Below, piece by piece: positions 48,388 through 61,997 of a stretch of DNA of 64,000 nt. The DNA lies in the NCBI GenBank assembly GCA_002269645.1, contig NIVC01000104.1, positions 773,179 through 837,178 of the forward strand, read 5' to 3'. Both the position numbers and the translations under genes were made by a program. The first letter of the stretch is position 1. Every line of letters begins with the position of its first letter. Below the pieces are notes generated by a model, which was not told the DNA's origin, made no database searches, and saw only the letters and a list, made by a program, of their open reading frames with translations. This DNA comes from Macrostomum lignano. Taxonomy: Eukaryota.

Positions 48388-51300
48388 CCTGCCTGGCTGG
48401 CTGCCTGTGTCGAATTTATCAAAGAAAATCGCGTCTCTGCTAATGGCTTTCCTTTTTATAATTTCTTTCTTAAGGTAAACAGGCAATCACGAGAAATTTC
48501 TTGCGGGAAAATCTTTCTGCTGGAAAAGTCTGTGCGGGGAAAATTCGTGTGGGAAAATCTCGGCGGTAGAAGCTCGGCAGGAAAATCTCGACGGGGAAAT
48601 TTCCTGCGGGAAACTCTCGCTGCGGGAGAATCTCGTGCGGGAAACTCTCGCTGCGGGAGAATCTCGTGCGGGAAAAACTCGCTGCGGGAAAATCTCGTGC
48701 GGGAAAAACTCGTGCGGGAAATTCTCATAGACCCATCAGATTTCAGAAATCAGTTCTCAGTTACTGGATCTCAACCATCATATCTCAGCTATTAAATCTC
48801 AGCTACCAAATCTCAGCTATCAGATCTCAGCTGTTAGATCTCAGCTATCAGATCTCAGCTGTCAGATCTCAGCTGTCAGATCTCAGCTATCAGATCTCAG
48901 CTGTCAGATCTCAGCTATCAGATCTCAGCTGTCAGATCTCAGCTATCAGATCTCAGCTGTCAGATCTCAGCTATCAGATCTCAGCTATCAGATCTCAGCT
49001 GTCAGATCTCAGCTGTCAGATCTCAGCTATCAGATCTCAGCTGTCAGATCTCAGCTATCAGATCTCAGCTATCAGATCTCAGCTGTCAGATCTCAGCTGT
49101 CAGATCTCAGCTGTCAGATCTCAGCTATCAGATCTCAGCTGTCAGATCTCAGCTGTCAGATCTCAGCTGTCAGATCTCAGCTATCAGATCTCAGCTGTTA
49201 GATCTCAGCTATCAGATCTCAGCTATCAGATCTCAGCTGTCAGATCTCAGCTATCAGATCTCAGCTGTTAGATCTCAGCTATCAGATCTCAGCTGTCAGA
49301 TCTCAGCTGTCAGATCTCAGCTATCAGATCTCAGCTATCAGATCTCAGCTGTCAGATTTCAGCTATCAGCTTTCAGCTATTAAATCTCAGCTATCAGATC
49401 TCAGCTAATAAATCTCAGCTATCAAATCTCAGCTATCAGCTTTCAGCTATTAAATCTCAGCTATCAGATCTCAGCTAATAAATCTCAGCTATCAAATCTC
49501 AGTTATCAGCTCTCAGCTATCAGATCTCAGCTGTCAGATCTCAGCTATCAGATCTCAGCTGTCAGATCTCAGCTGTCAGATCTCAGCTATCAGATCTCAG
49601 CTGTCAGATCTCAGCTGTCAGATTTCAGCTATCAGCTTTCAGCTATTAAATCTCAGCTATCAGATCTCAGCTAATAAATCTCAGCTATCAAATCTCAGCT
49701 ATCAGCTTTCAGCTATTAAATCTCAGCTATCAGATCTCAGCTAATAAATCTCAGCTATCAAATCTCAGTTATCAGCTCTCAGCTATCAGATCTCAGCTGT
49801 CAGATCTCAGCTATCAGATCTCAGCTGTCAGATCTCAGCTGTCAGATCTCAGCTATCAGATCTCAGCTGTCAGATCTCAGCTGTCAGATTTCAGCTATCA
49901 GCTTTCAGCTATTAAATCTCAGCTATCAGATCTCAGCTAATAAATCTCAGCTATCAAATCTCAGCTATCAGCTTTCAGCTATTAAATCTCAGCTATCAGA
50001 TCTCAGCTAATAAATCTCAGCTATCAAATCTCAGTTATCAGCTCTCAGCTATCAGATCTCAGCTATCAAAGAATTCAAAAAGGTTGCGTAAATGAGATTC
50101 TGTCAAAAAGAAATAAAAATACGTCTCCTCAACTTCCTATTTAACTGAAAGTCGCTTAATTGCAAGTATGAAATATAGAACTAACGAAATGTAAGCATAG
50201 TGAAATAACTGTTGGATACTACTGGATTTATGAGTAGCTTAAAATGGTTTTTACTGCAAAGCAGTTGTTACAACAGTGCTTTCAATAGTATAATAGTACT
50301 CTTCGTTGAGCTACTATGTCATTAAATATGAATTAGATACTACTGATCAGCAGTAGTTGGCCCTCGCGACTGCTCAACTTTCAATTATAGTGTATTTTAA
50401 TTTTTGCATTTGAAAACCAGGTGAAACTGAAAACCGAGCTAGAGAATCGGGTCCAGACAGCTACAGAGGACGCCGCATTCAAGGAGAGCCTGCTCAAAGA
50501 GGAGCGCAGCCGTTATCAAGAGCGCAGCGTCCTAATCGAAGAGGTCAGCCGAGTTCGCGAGGCCGACTTCGAATCGCGCCTGTGCGAAGAGCTGCGCCAC
50601 GCCAGGGAGGAGGCCGACCAGGCCGCTGCCGCGTTCAGACTGGATTTGGAGGCCACTTTCCGGGTGAAGATGGACGAGCTCAGGTCCGCTTCGGAGCGCT
50701 ATTCGCAGGTTTGTTGCTTCTAGTCTGTCTTACCTTTGTCTCTATTCTAATCTCTGACATACGTCATATTCTATAACTTAAAGTTTCGCCATAGCTATGA
50801 ATATGGTTACGGGAAAGCATATTCCCATATCTACTGGTAGTTCCTGTATCTACATCTACGATATATCTACAATGTAGTAATATTGGCAACTCAAAATTTG
50901 AGACTTACAAGACTTAAAAAATCATTGTAGCTCCTTCTTGATTTCATGGGTGGCAGGTAGAGCAATAGAAATGAATGAATATTGCCGGTTTCAAAGCTTT
51001 TATGAGGTGACCTCTTAAGTCCCTGGAGAATATCTGATCTCTCTCCTATATCTAATCTCTAATCTCCTATATCTAGTCTCTCTTTTCCTATATCTAATCT
51101 CTCATCTCCCATATCTAATCTCTAATCTCCTATATCTAGTCTCTCTTTTCCTATATCTAATCTCTCATCTCCTATATCTAATCTCTCATCTCCGGTAATC
51201 TCCTATATCCTATATCTAATCTCATCTTCTATGTCTAATCTCTTTCCCTGTATCTAACTAATATCTCTGCATGTATGTCAATATCAAACTTCCACTTCTT

Positions 51301-53824
51301 GATATAAAATCTCTCATTTTTCATATCTAATCTCACAAATGCCCAGGACGCTCGAGCCAGTCGCGACGAAATCGTTGAGCTGCGCCGCCGTCTGCACGAC
51401 TCCGGCCTTGAGCTGGAGAAGGCGCGCAAAGAGGCCGACCTGTTGCGCGCTAGCAATGCTCGCTTGGAATCCGCCTTGGCCCAAGAGCGCGACGCGTTTG
51501 AGCAGCAATTAGACTACCTGCGCCAGGAGGAGAAGCGCAATAGGGAGCGCCTAGCCGAGCAGCTTGAGGAATACAATAATCTATTGACTAGCAAGCTGGC
51601 CCTCGACCAGGAGATCCTGGCCTATCGCCAGCTGCTCGACGAGGAGCAGCGTCGTACGAATTATTCGCCGCACAAGCATTCCAATCCGTCCGACGCGTCG
51701 TCTCCGTTCGCGCGCGGATCCAAGCGTAGAACCGCCGATTTTGATGACGAAGAATTGTACTCTTCTATGGCTTATACGGTGCGTGTTATGCGTAATTCTT
51801 ATTCATGCGGTATAATATACCTTTTCAACTTTGGATTCGTCAAAAGTGAGTTTAAATTCGTCAGCGAATGCAAAACTATATAGCGCTCAAGGGGAAGAGA
51901 ATAAGGGGTCGTACTATAAAGCTGTCGTAGCCCTGTTACTTGCGAGAGGAAGCTACACGCGTTTCTGAAGCTCGATTTGAACCATAGACTATGCGCTTTG
52001 ACTCTTCTGAGTGAGTTGATTTTTCTTCTAGTTAAAGTGTTGCGTTTTAAATGTTGCTGAGTGTAAGTTCGATCGTACGTCGGAACTTTTACACTGCAGA
52101 GATAGGAGCTAAGAATGATCTTATCTTACGATGGCTTTATAGAACGGGCCCTGAGTGTCTATGGTAAATTTTTAGAGAAAGTGACTTCGAATTCTTCACT
52201 TTAATTCGAATTCGCAGGAGCAGCAGGAAAATCTGCAACAAGCTTTTGCTGCATTTCTTTGAGGGTCACAGTCGGCTTGGCTTCTCTTCCACATACCTCG
52301 TCAACACCCCGAGCATCTCCTCAGAAAACCTTGGTCTCACTGCACCGCCACGCGCGTTAAGATCGATCCTACCCTCATCAACATATCTCCTGATGATGTC
52401 ACTGGCAGTTGTCCTCTTGATATCCTGTTCAATTGCGAGTTGTCTCCAGTCTCGTCCTTTTTAAAAACATCGCACGAGTCTAGAGCGATCCACAGACGAA
52501 ATTCTCATGTAGAGCATCTCTGACAACAATCAAAGCATGAAATGAAGATTTCAAGAAATTGGGCTACTTTTCCACAGACGAACTTCACTCACTTTCTTAC
52601 TTAAACTTACCATAGACACCTTCTTTTCTTACCATGGACAAAGCAGACACTTTTTCTGATCAGGCTGCATTTGCACTGACGAATCACAATTCCCATTCTA
52701 AGAATCACAATCCCAGTTCTAAGAATCACAATCCCCATTCTAAGAATCGCAATCCCCATTCTAAGAATCACAATCCCCGTTCTAATAATCGCAATCCCCG
52801 TTCTAAGAATCACAATCCCCATTCTAAGAATCACAATCCCCATTCTAAGAACCACAATCCCCATTTTAAGAATCACAATCTCCATTCTAAGAATCACAAT
52901 CCCAGTTCTAAGAATTACATCAGTCAAAGAATTACATATTATTATTCTTCAGGCCTCCATATCACTGTTCTTTAAAATCATATTTCGGAGCTTCTCAGCG
53001 GTAGATTTTTGAGCCACGGCCTCCGGTTCGATTCGTGCGCGGCCCCATTTATTTGGGGCTTGCACACGAAAAATTGGCCGATGGATTTTCGTGCAATTCA
53101 CAGCTGTAAGCGCAGCTGTACACCCTGTGTGAGTGTGTGTACGGAGTACGAGTGCGTGCCTGCGTACAGTATTGGCGCGTTTGTAAGTGCTCACGGAATG
53201 AGCAGAATTGCCGTCAGCGATGGCGTTGTGCCAGGGTGCCCGCAGCCCTCCTACATTATTCTTATTATTAATCCATATTCATATTCCAAGAATATCCCTA
53301 TCCTAACCCCCATCGTCTCCACAACATCTCAGGTGCACCAGGAGCAGTGCGGCGCAATCCACGTGCACGAATTGGACCCGGAGCGCGGCCAATTTGTCCG
53401 ATTGCGCAACACTTCGCCGGACTCCGAAGTCGCCATCGGCGGTTGGACGCTGCGTTTAGAATGCGACGGCGTCACCAGCGCCTTCAAGTTCCCGGCTAAG
53501 ACAGTTTTGGCGCCACTAGCTGAGGCTACCGTAAGTAACAGCCTGGGCATTGTTTGTTTATAACAGTCTGTTGTTTGTTGGTTATTCTCCTTACTTGACC
53601 CTACCATTAGTCTCCACCTGATTCTGTACAGCCTCTACTTCATTCTACTATCTGACTTATCTCTATTGTTCTCCAGCCAATTTCTACCTTCATTTTCACT
53701 GACACAGGTGTGGAGCTCCGACGCCGGCGTAGCTCATAATCCGCCAGCGGATTATGTTAGCAAAACCAAAGCCTGCGGTCAGGGCGAAAATATTCGCGTC
53801 CGATTGGTTGACGGCAGTGATAAG
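44428..53824 (+). CDS. LMN: Nuclear lamin, exons 1-7: join(44428..44607,45919..46307,47348..47633,50421..50708,51347..51778,53333..53530,53708..53824)
   Basis: Phases are consistent (0,2,0,0,0,0). Motifs: CDK1-type SP site plus coil 1[30 protein letters not shown]; ENRVQT; FESRL; IF consensus [26 protein letters not shown]; NLS-like GSKRR; lamin tail Ig domain [14 protein letters not shown]...IGGWTL...FKFP...[18 protein letters not shown]. Confidence 0.93.
44770..45840. repeat. 31-32-bp minisatellite (ctcccctgaagcttcttcctgtgggtatcagg) in lamin intron 1
   Basis: Tandem copies, each with a HindIII site (aagctt). Confidence 0.95.
46923..47258. repeat. 30-bp minisatellite (aaacctctttcgcctagatcaccttcgccg) in lamin intron 2
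   Basis: About 11 near-perfect copies. Confidence 0.95.
47745..48728. mobile_element. Inverted pair of repeat-built MITE-like elements (ttttcccgc arrays) around a (TGTC)n spacer, in lamin intron 3
   Basis: The left arm 47745-48273 ends cccgcaagaaatttctcgtgattgtctgtttacctt. The right arm starts with its reverse complement aaggtaaacaggcaatcacgagaaatttcttgcggg (~48472) and continues as an inverted array to ~48728. Confidence 0.7.
48775..50068. repeat. 14-bp minisatellite (gatctcagct(g/a)tca) with higher-order variants, in lamin intron 3
   Basis: Tandem copies; a few units also occur at 47712-47737, before the inserted element. Confidence 0.95.
51035..51335. repeat. Pyrimidine-rich degenerate repeat (tatctaatctct) in lamin intron 4
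   Basis: Visible tandem motif. Confidence 0.75.
52680..52915. repeat. 21-bp minisatellite (cacaatccccattctaagaat) in lamin intron 5
   Basis: About 11 copies. Confidence 0.9.
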
Positions 53825-54431
53825 GTAAAATTAGTGCATAAAATTTTCAATATGCAAATCACCCCACTTTTAGTAAAAATTTAAGTAAAAATCCATTTTT
53901 AGGCCAAAAAAAGAATTTTTACTGAAATTTACAACTCACTAAGTATAGTAAACATATGGGTAGAAAACAACTATTGAACAGAAAACAAAAAAATTCTTCT
54001 GAAATTTGCAGCTCACTCTACTTATACAAAAAACATAAGTAGCCCTCTGGTGAATAAACCAGATAACATCACAAGATAACTTTCGCTCAAACGAGATAAC
54101 ATGCCCTATTACGGTTATGTAAAATGTTATCTTGTATAAATCCCGTTTGCGTGACGAAATCTTACGTTTCCTTGTTTCAAACAAGATACAAATAGGATTC
54201 ACTGTCCAGGTAACAGTCGGGTAATTCGTGCGAATCCTGCAGGGAAACATTGTGTTATCCTGTTTGTTATCTTGTTTGTTATCCTGTCTGACAAACAGGA
54301 TTCGCTGTCCAGGTAACAGTCTGGTAATTCGTGCGAAAAAAATCCAGAAGGCATTGACATCAAATTTCGCAGTAAAGAAGCGTATAAAAAGTTGGTGCTT
54401 CAAGATTTTATGAGTAGCATCTATTTAACAG

Positions 54432-54768
54432 CGGGGTGTCATTTGTAAGCGCCTTATACAAACTACAGGGTAGCTCAACAGGAACGGAAACTTCTGGAGA
54501 ACAGCGTGGCATCCGTCTGAGTTGCGGGAATCCAGTTATAAGTAGACCTACTTATACTGTGGATACCAATTGATACTACAGAATAGGTGATCTGGTGCGA
54601 TCTGGTGCTGAGTCGCAGGTCGGACCTGCTGTACTCGGACGCGAATCTGACGGCAGTCGAGGCGTGAGCCAGACATTTGAAAAGATCGGGTCGCGCGCGC
54701 GGACGGCGATTAATGAGACCACTGACACCGGCGCAATGGAACGACTCTGCATTATAAAGTTAAATTAA
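54432..54768 (+). CDS. Probable lamin C-terminal exons, join(54432..54469,54582..54768), ending MERLCIIKLN*
   Basis: Acceptor tttaacag|, donor GG|gtagct and acceptor actacag|A keep the frame open to TAA at 54766-54768. Alternative splice choices exist. Confidence 0.4.
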
Positions 54769-57700
54769 ATGGCGATGGAAGGCAGTTTCTCAAAAAAATA
54801 CACAGTTATAAGGAAGCAGTAATAACACATTCGATCTTCTAGCTCTAACAGACAGCGATGGTTTCTTCGACAGGCATTGCCAGATTGCACGACTGTTCAC
54901 TAGTAATATCAGCTGCGTCGATAGAATTGTCATTCGTAGCATAGTCGTCATCCGGAAACAATTGACTTTCGTTGATCGGCTGCTCGTAGACCGGAGACGA
55001 AGTGAATGGCGTATTATCTTATGCACCGGCTCGCGCGGCGATGGCTTCATCGTGCAGTTGCGTCCACGAAATGCCGACTGCGCTGGAAACTCTTATCTGA
55101 TTGTCTTCGCAATCCCGTGTGCCAACGGTAATATCCAACCGACTTGGCGTTGCAGATGTAACAATATCGAACTCCTGTTTGTTAAGGCACAAATGTGGCC
55201 GACCGTACAGAACTCCGACAGCTTCGTGCACAATTCGATGCCGATGTCGCCGACGGCGGATCTCCAAACAGGTGTATTCTATATGGACTCCGCAAACGCA
55301 TACTTTGCGTCGTCGGTACTCAGTCGCAGTGTGCTTAGTGGACCAACCGTGCGATTTGAAGCGCCGGACATCTGTAACAGAGAGAAGTGGATGTTGTGCA
55401 GCGTGGCCGGAAAAGAGTCGGACACCAGCGATCGTGAGATGGGAGAAAGGATTGAAAGGCCGTTGGGCATTTGTTTTTATAAAATAACTTAGCACGATTC
55501 AGCATATACAACTAACTTTACTCCGCACCCCGGCACAAGCCGGTTGGGGTAGACTGCAAAATCTCTAGCAAATCAAAACGGACTGTGCAATAGAACTCAA
55601 GGCGGCGTACAAACGCGTATAGTGTTGTATGATTTGTAGCAGAGATGTTCAAATCTTTTTCCAAATTTAATACGTTACTATGTAGAGGCACACAAATTTA
55701 TGGTAACAAGGCGGTAAATATTAAATGACGTTCAGTACATTTCATTTTTTTTCGTGCTAAAAATGCTCGACAATGAAGATATTGAAAACTGTTTGGAAAA
55801 AGGCTGGAAAAAGTGTATGTAGTATAAATGATACTTTTGAATATTAATAGTAACATTAAAGCATGTGGAGTGTGGACATTGTAGACGATACTGACGTGCG
55901 TTCTGCACTCGTTGGTCCATGTTTACGGGGGAATCACGTGCCCGATGGCCCCTCCTGGTACTGTAGGAGGTGAATTCTGGTTCTAAAAGTAGGTTCTAGT
56001 TCCCAAAGTAGAACAAAGTCACGCAGTCTTACGTGCCTTGGGGCAAAGGGGATTCCCACATATAAGTAAGACCCCTTACATCGTTGTTTCCGTCAAGGAG
56101 TTGTGGCTGGCCTTTCTAAGTTTAGTCCTACTTCGAATCTTAACTCACATTGAGCGTGAAACAGTAAACATTAAAACTTAAACAAACAACAAAAAAACTA
56201 AAACAAGCACACAATAATAAATAGCAAAATACCGGACTAACTTTAAAAAGATTAGCGTCCCCTAATAAATTAGCAGATCTGGTATGGGACGAAGCGTGCC
56301 AAACAGGACGAAGTACTGTGTAAAAAAACAGACAAAAACAGTAAAACAGTTCAGCAGCTCCCTCGATGGCTTCCTCGGCGGTGCCGGCCAGCTGCATCCT
56401 CTTTGCGGCGCGCCATCTTTTCACACAGCTTCCGATTTTTTGGTCTTCTCCTCGGGAGCCATCCGGCATTTAATGGCAGTCTCGCGGCACTGATAGTGCT
56501 GGCGCCGAAATTCCTTTTCACCTACGTTCACGCCGACCTGCTTGGCGTATGCTATCGCCACAGTTCGCCGTCGTCGCATCGCTGGCCACCTACCTGACCC
56601 TTGACGCGGCCCGAGCAGGTCTCCCGCAAGAATTGGTCCTCGCTGAATAAAGCGCGAAGGACCGCGCGCATAAACGCGCTCTTAGTGGTGGCACATTTTT
56701 TTGGCATCTGGCAAAAATGTCACCGATCAGTTGATGAATGGCTTTTGTTCGCTGCTTGAGTTCACGCTTGTCATTCGACTCTATCAGTAAAGCCGTCGTC
56801 GTTTGACAGGCTAACCAATGCGTTAGGATTGGCCTCGCGTGGCCGCATTGTAACAATAGCGTCGGCAGCCTGCACAGCACTCATAGTCTGCTTCATTTGC
56901 GCCGACTGATCAATGGACCAATGACTGTGGGTATAAATACCAACTTCTCGAGGTTCGTCATCGATTAATGCCTGACCAGTTTCGTCTCTGCGTCGACACT
57001 ATCAGAGCCTCCAATTGTGCGTCTGGCAACATGTAATGCACTGAGTAATCGTTCACACCGGCGCTCAACCACGCTCATAGTCTGCTGCATCCTGGCGTCT
57101 CGACTGGAATCAGAGTTTCCGTTTTGCGCCATTTGTTCCTCAAGTGATTGCAGTTGAGCGCAAAGTTGATGCACTTGGTTCAACAACTGCGTATTACTTT
57201 GCGCCAGGTGTGCCGAACGTTTCCTCTCGTCTTCTATATCCTTCTCGAGTGCCCGAATGCGATAGATAGAGTGAGTTCATATAAATCTCGAGGGGCACTT
57301 TTTAAAGAATTTAATGACCACCTATTAAATACAATGATAATGACATCAAAAACAATAGTTTCTTGATAATCACACTGTCATCATTCGGTGTAGAAAAGGA
57401 TTGATCGTTGATGTAGCGATCGTATGAACTCTTGCCTTATTTCGATTTCGACGTGAATAAACGTTCATACAAAAGTTAAAAGGTTTATAAACAGAGCGGC
57501 AACATAAAGTGGAACATATATCTCTCAGTAAGGAGCGGTACATTACTTGACAGTACGAAGACTGCTTAATAAGTTCGTAGAAATTAAAAGTATTAAAATG
57601 CAAGCATCAAATGCCGAACTGGCAAGTATTTAGTTATTACAATGAAATGAAAGCAAGCAATGCAACAACTTGCAAGTTAACAGAAATACGCACTTACGTA

Positions 57701-60114
57701 AACTTGCAAACAGCACAACGGCAACAAGAGATAGTAGTTATTTCTTTTCAAATGAAGGATATTCAACAGATGGACGCAATGCGACAAGGAAATTTGCACA
57801 TTTTAAGAGGTGGCATCTGCAAGATCTTACAAGGGACAAGCATGAAGGGTGATGAATAGGATATAGAAACGACAAATTAACGAACTGACGAATAGACGAA
57901 CGATAGACAGAGAAGCAAAATAGCACGTGTATAAAGGAAAAAATACTCTACTAGGCACTTGGGTACGCGGCTTTGGCGTCGGAAACTCAGGCACGACCGA
58001 AACTCTATACTTTGGCTGGAAGATCTACCGGCCTCCGCACAGACACCGGAGTGGCCACATTTGCCCTGCTAGACTGTTCACTCGCTGCGATACCGTTTTT
58101 CTGCATTTATCGTTTCACCGATGCAACAGCTTTCCAAAGTAACTCCCAGCACTGTCATCTAGAAACCCCCGCGGTCACGGTGGACATCGGCTAATTCTAA
58201 TTACTTATACTCGTACCTGCGAATGGAACACGCCTTCGAGTGAACAGGCTAGTAGAACAGAAAAATGCAAAACGGGGAGGGGTATCGGCGAATAACAATG
58301 CTAATATCAAAAGCCTAACTGGCGAATACAAGTCCGTTCTGACAGTTCCTGTGCACGCCTATTTAGTTGCAACCGATCACAATTCGCAGCTCAATTTATG
58401 CAAGGCAGCAACATGCACAGAAACTGTCTGACTGAACTATACATAATTAGACGCTTCTTCACAGATCACAAATGAGTTCGTGAACGGGGCAATCGCCGTC
58501 TCTGTGCATACATTTGGGAATAAAGTCCTCCGGTAAGGAGCACAGCAACTCTTCCATCGACAGGTTGTCCGTGCTGCACGCGGCATGGGCATGCCGAGTG
58601 GCCAGCACTCGCGGGACGTTGACCCGGTCAGGCAGTAGTTCCATGCTGGCGAAAGCGTCTCTGCGACGTGTCGCCTCGTCGCCGGCGCACTTTTTAGTAC
58701 GACACTGGCCTCGCTAGCATCAAAATTTAAATAGTGGCCTTCTATGACAAGCATAACGCTGTAGCATAGTACAATATGAGGCAGACACTTGCGTTGGTTG
58801 GGCCCAGCTTTAATCAGTCTGGCGCAGGCGTCACCAAGCAGTGCGTCAGTTATTCGGCGCCGACCGCCGCCGCTGCTTCCTTGACCGCCAAGTTGCTCAT
58901 ATCCAAAGCCCAGGAACATCGCCTGCGATTCCATGCACAGCAGTGCATCGCAATCGGCACTGTCCTGCATACTGTGGTACGCAGGCTTGGACTTTGCAGG
59001 TAGTTTTAAATGCTTTCAGCGTATGCCGTAGCATATATTGGGCCGCGTCAAAGCTAGAACCTCGGTGTGGATGGTCTAGTCATCCACATGAGTCTGATGC
59101 AGACCCAATATAAGCACGGCCAGACGCCGTGCTTCAAGAGGCGGTTGGCCTCAGACTGCTAGGCATGTTTTGTTGGCGTCCTTCAAGCTCTTTCGCATAT
59201 TTTTCTGGTCAAATGCTTGCTGTGGCCGAGGCACGCGTACCATCATTAGAAGCTGCTCGCGCAGCTGCGTGACCGAGCGGTCTAAAGCACTTTTTCGATG
59301 GTGGATTGCTTTTTGCAGTATAATGCAAGGTCTGAAATTGCAGGATACATTTATCGCCGAATTGAACGCACGGTACATGTTCTATCTCAGTGAATATTTT
59401 TGACAACTGTAATTAATGCTAAACATTTGAACGGAACTACTTTGGTACGATTGTTGACCTGATCTAAGAATATATACGAGCTATCCATATGGCATATATA
59501 GCTTCGCCGGTATCGAATTGGATCTCGGCGGTTTTATGGACAAAATAAATGATTATGTGCAACTGGATGATGAATCAGGCTATCAGTGATAAATAACATA
59601 TAAATAACTATTTAAAGTTTCTTGCCAAATTTTTATATAGTAAATTCCTATAAATTAAAATTGAGTTATCTGTAACTCAGTTATCTGTACGATATGCGCT
59701 CCGTTACCCTTTGATATACGCGCTAGTGTACTAAAACTACCAATATTAAAATGATAAGAAAGAAATGAATGCAAAACTGACAAAATTTATATTCATAGTT
59801 TTATTTGCGCCAGCTGTACAGGATTTGTAGGAAAGTATCACCAGTTTCGCACCCAAACAAGGAAATCCGTAGAGATTCACAAATTATTTTGTGGTGTTAT
59901 CTGGTTTAATTTTCTCGCGGCTTAAAATTAAAATTCAACGCCGCGAGAACAAGCAATTTTACCTCAAGGCGAGGCCTAAAAAGGCACAGAACACAACCAC
60001 CCACCCCAACGCCGCAAACCCGCCCCCACGGATGGAGCCAAACAACCCCCCCCTAGCCAATCGCAAACGCCGGTTAGCCCACGCCGTACAAGCTGGCTAG
60101 GCAAACTGGTCAAA

Positions 60115-60445
60115 GAAAACAACTATTGAACAAAAAACAAAACAATCTACTGAGAATTTACCGCTCACTCTACTGATAGTAAAAATATAAGTAGAAAACT
60201 ACTATCAAACAGAAAACGGAAAAATCCTGCTGAAACTTACAACTTACTCGACTGATAGTAAAATTTAATTAGAAAAAACTATTAAAAGAAAAAAAGAAAA
60301 AAGTATTCTGCAATTTACAGCTCACTTTACTTATAGTAAAAATGTAAGTTGGTACGTGAAAAGCAACTATTGAACCGAAAGAATATATAAAATTACAAAA
60401 AAATAAATAACTCACCCTATTGATAGTAAAAATACAAGTAAAAAG
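60115..60445. repeat. ~80-bp AT-rich degenerate tandem repeat (4 units); related units at ~53900-54045
   Basis: aactattgaa...ctcactctact(g/t)ata recurs at about 60121, 60200, 60278 and 60365, and at about 53968. Confidence 0.65.
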
Positions 60446-61997
60446 CAACCAAAACCGCGCGGCCCACAGGAGATGGCCTCGCGCCACATGCAGCTGGACC
60501 GGACTAAGCTGGCCGCCGTTCGCGCTGGCAAACGTATGCGCCGAGGCGGCGCCGAATCTAGCGATCGTTGCAGCGTTATGTGAGACAGCGCTGATGACCT
60601 TGAATAAAACTCTTGTAAGACGTTTGATCAATCTTTGGACAAATTTTCTTGTGTTGTATTGTCGTGGCTCTCCCATTTTTTCCATTATCCAACGTTTTTA
60701 TTATTATTCAGATAAACTCCCGAGTGTGCGATATATTTGTCGTATTAAACAATTTCAATTTTTTCTAATTTGATTTGACTTTTTTACCGCGATTCAGCGA
60801 CGCCATGGTTGGACAATGCAAGCTTTGTCGTAACTGTTTAGTTAAACACGATAGATTAAAAATTAGTTGTCAATTGTTTAATGACACAAGTTATTCTACA
60901 AGTTTTTTTATAACAGCAAAATTTTCTATCCGTTACAACTGAAATATGCTTTTTGTTTGTTTGTGTTGTGCGCTAACCGGAGATACTTACATAACTAGAT
61001 GGACCAGTCGGGCATATATACTTAGTAAAACAGCTTTCTACTTTCAGTTCAGTAGCAAAGAAGAATACGTAAGCTATTTTATAAAAATTAAGGCAGCTGA
61101 GATAACTTTGATAACTTTAGAAGCCCACAAGCTTGCAGATGTAAACAACTTGCTAAATGGTTCATTAGCCAGTTCACTGAAATGTACATGGGCGGGGGTA
61201 GTGTAGAAAGGCGGTTGTGAGAGCCAATAAATGAGTCTTGGCTTTAAAAATACAATAAAATGCTTCAGTTTAACTTACTACTGAACTGAAAGTAGTTTAC
61301 ACGAAAATGTGCTGAGTGGCCCACCTAGTTATTTTAGTATGTGTAGCTAGCTGAAGCTAGGTAAGGTGTTTAACAATTAGCAAGAATCTCTCAATAATAA
61401 TTAATACCTAATCATTGTTCAGCACTTTTCCACGGAATTTGTCTCTGTGTGTTTTTTATCGAGTCAGTTGATAGTCGCATTTTTAATAATCATTTATGCG
61501 TAACTCAACTGACAATAAAGGTCAAGGCTGCAGTGCTTTGTGTAATCTCGCGTGTTCATCCAAGTTAGCTGCTTTTTTAATTTATCCAATTGTGTTTTGC
61601 CGGTTTTATTGGTATTATTAGTTAATATTTATAGTGTTGATACTATTTATTAGTTAATTAAAAATTTTTAGTCATCAAAATTAATTGTTTGCTTCTAATT
61701 GTGTGAGTATTCATAATGTTTAGCAACTATGTCAATCAAATATTATATAGGACAATATTTTCAGTCATAGAAAAAAGCTAGGCTTCTCTCGCGCCCATTA
61801 ATATTTTGTGGTTTCCATATTTTCCGTCAGTCTGCCGCATTCAGCACGATTAGAATGTATGTATTCGAAAAAGCCACTTTAAATAAACCAAACAATTGTT
61901 AACTAAATATTTTTGGACGACTTTTGTGGAGAAAATTGACCTTTGTTTCTCTGTTGTTTTTGATAGAATTCTCAGTTCGTAGCAGAGTTAATGTCCT

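Noticed and set aside
55040-55180. Nuclear-receptor-like CYIC...GYY motif on the minus strand
   Set aside because: The second Cys pair is not in frame and the spacing does not fit a C4 finger.
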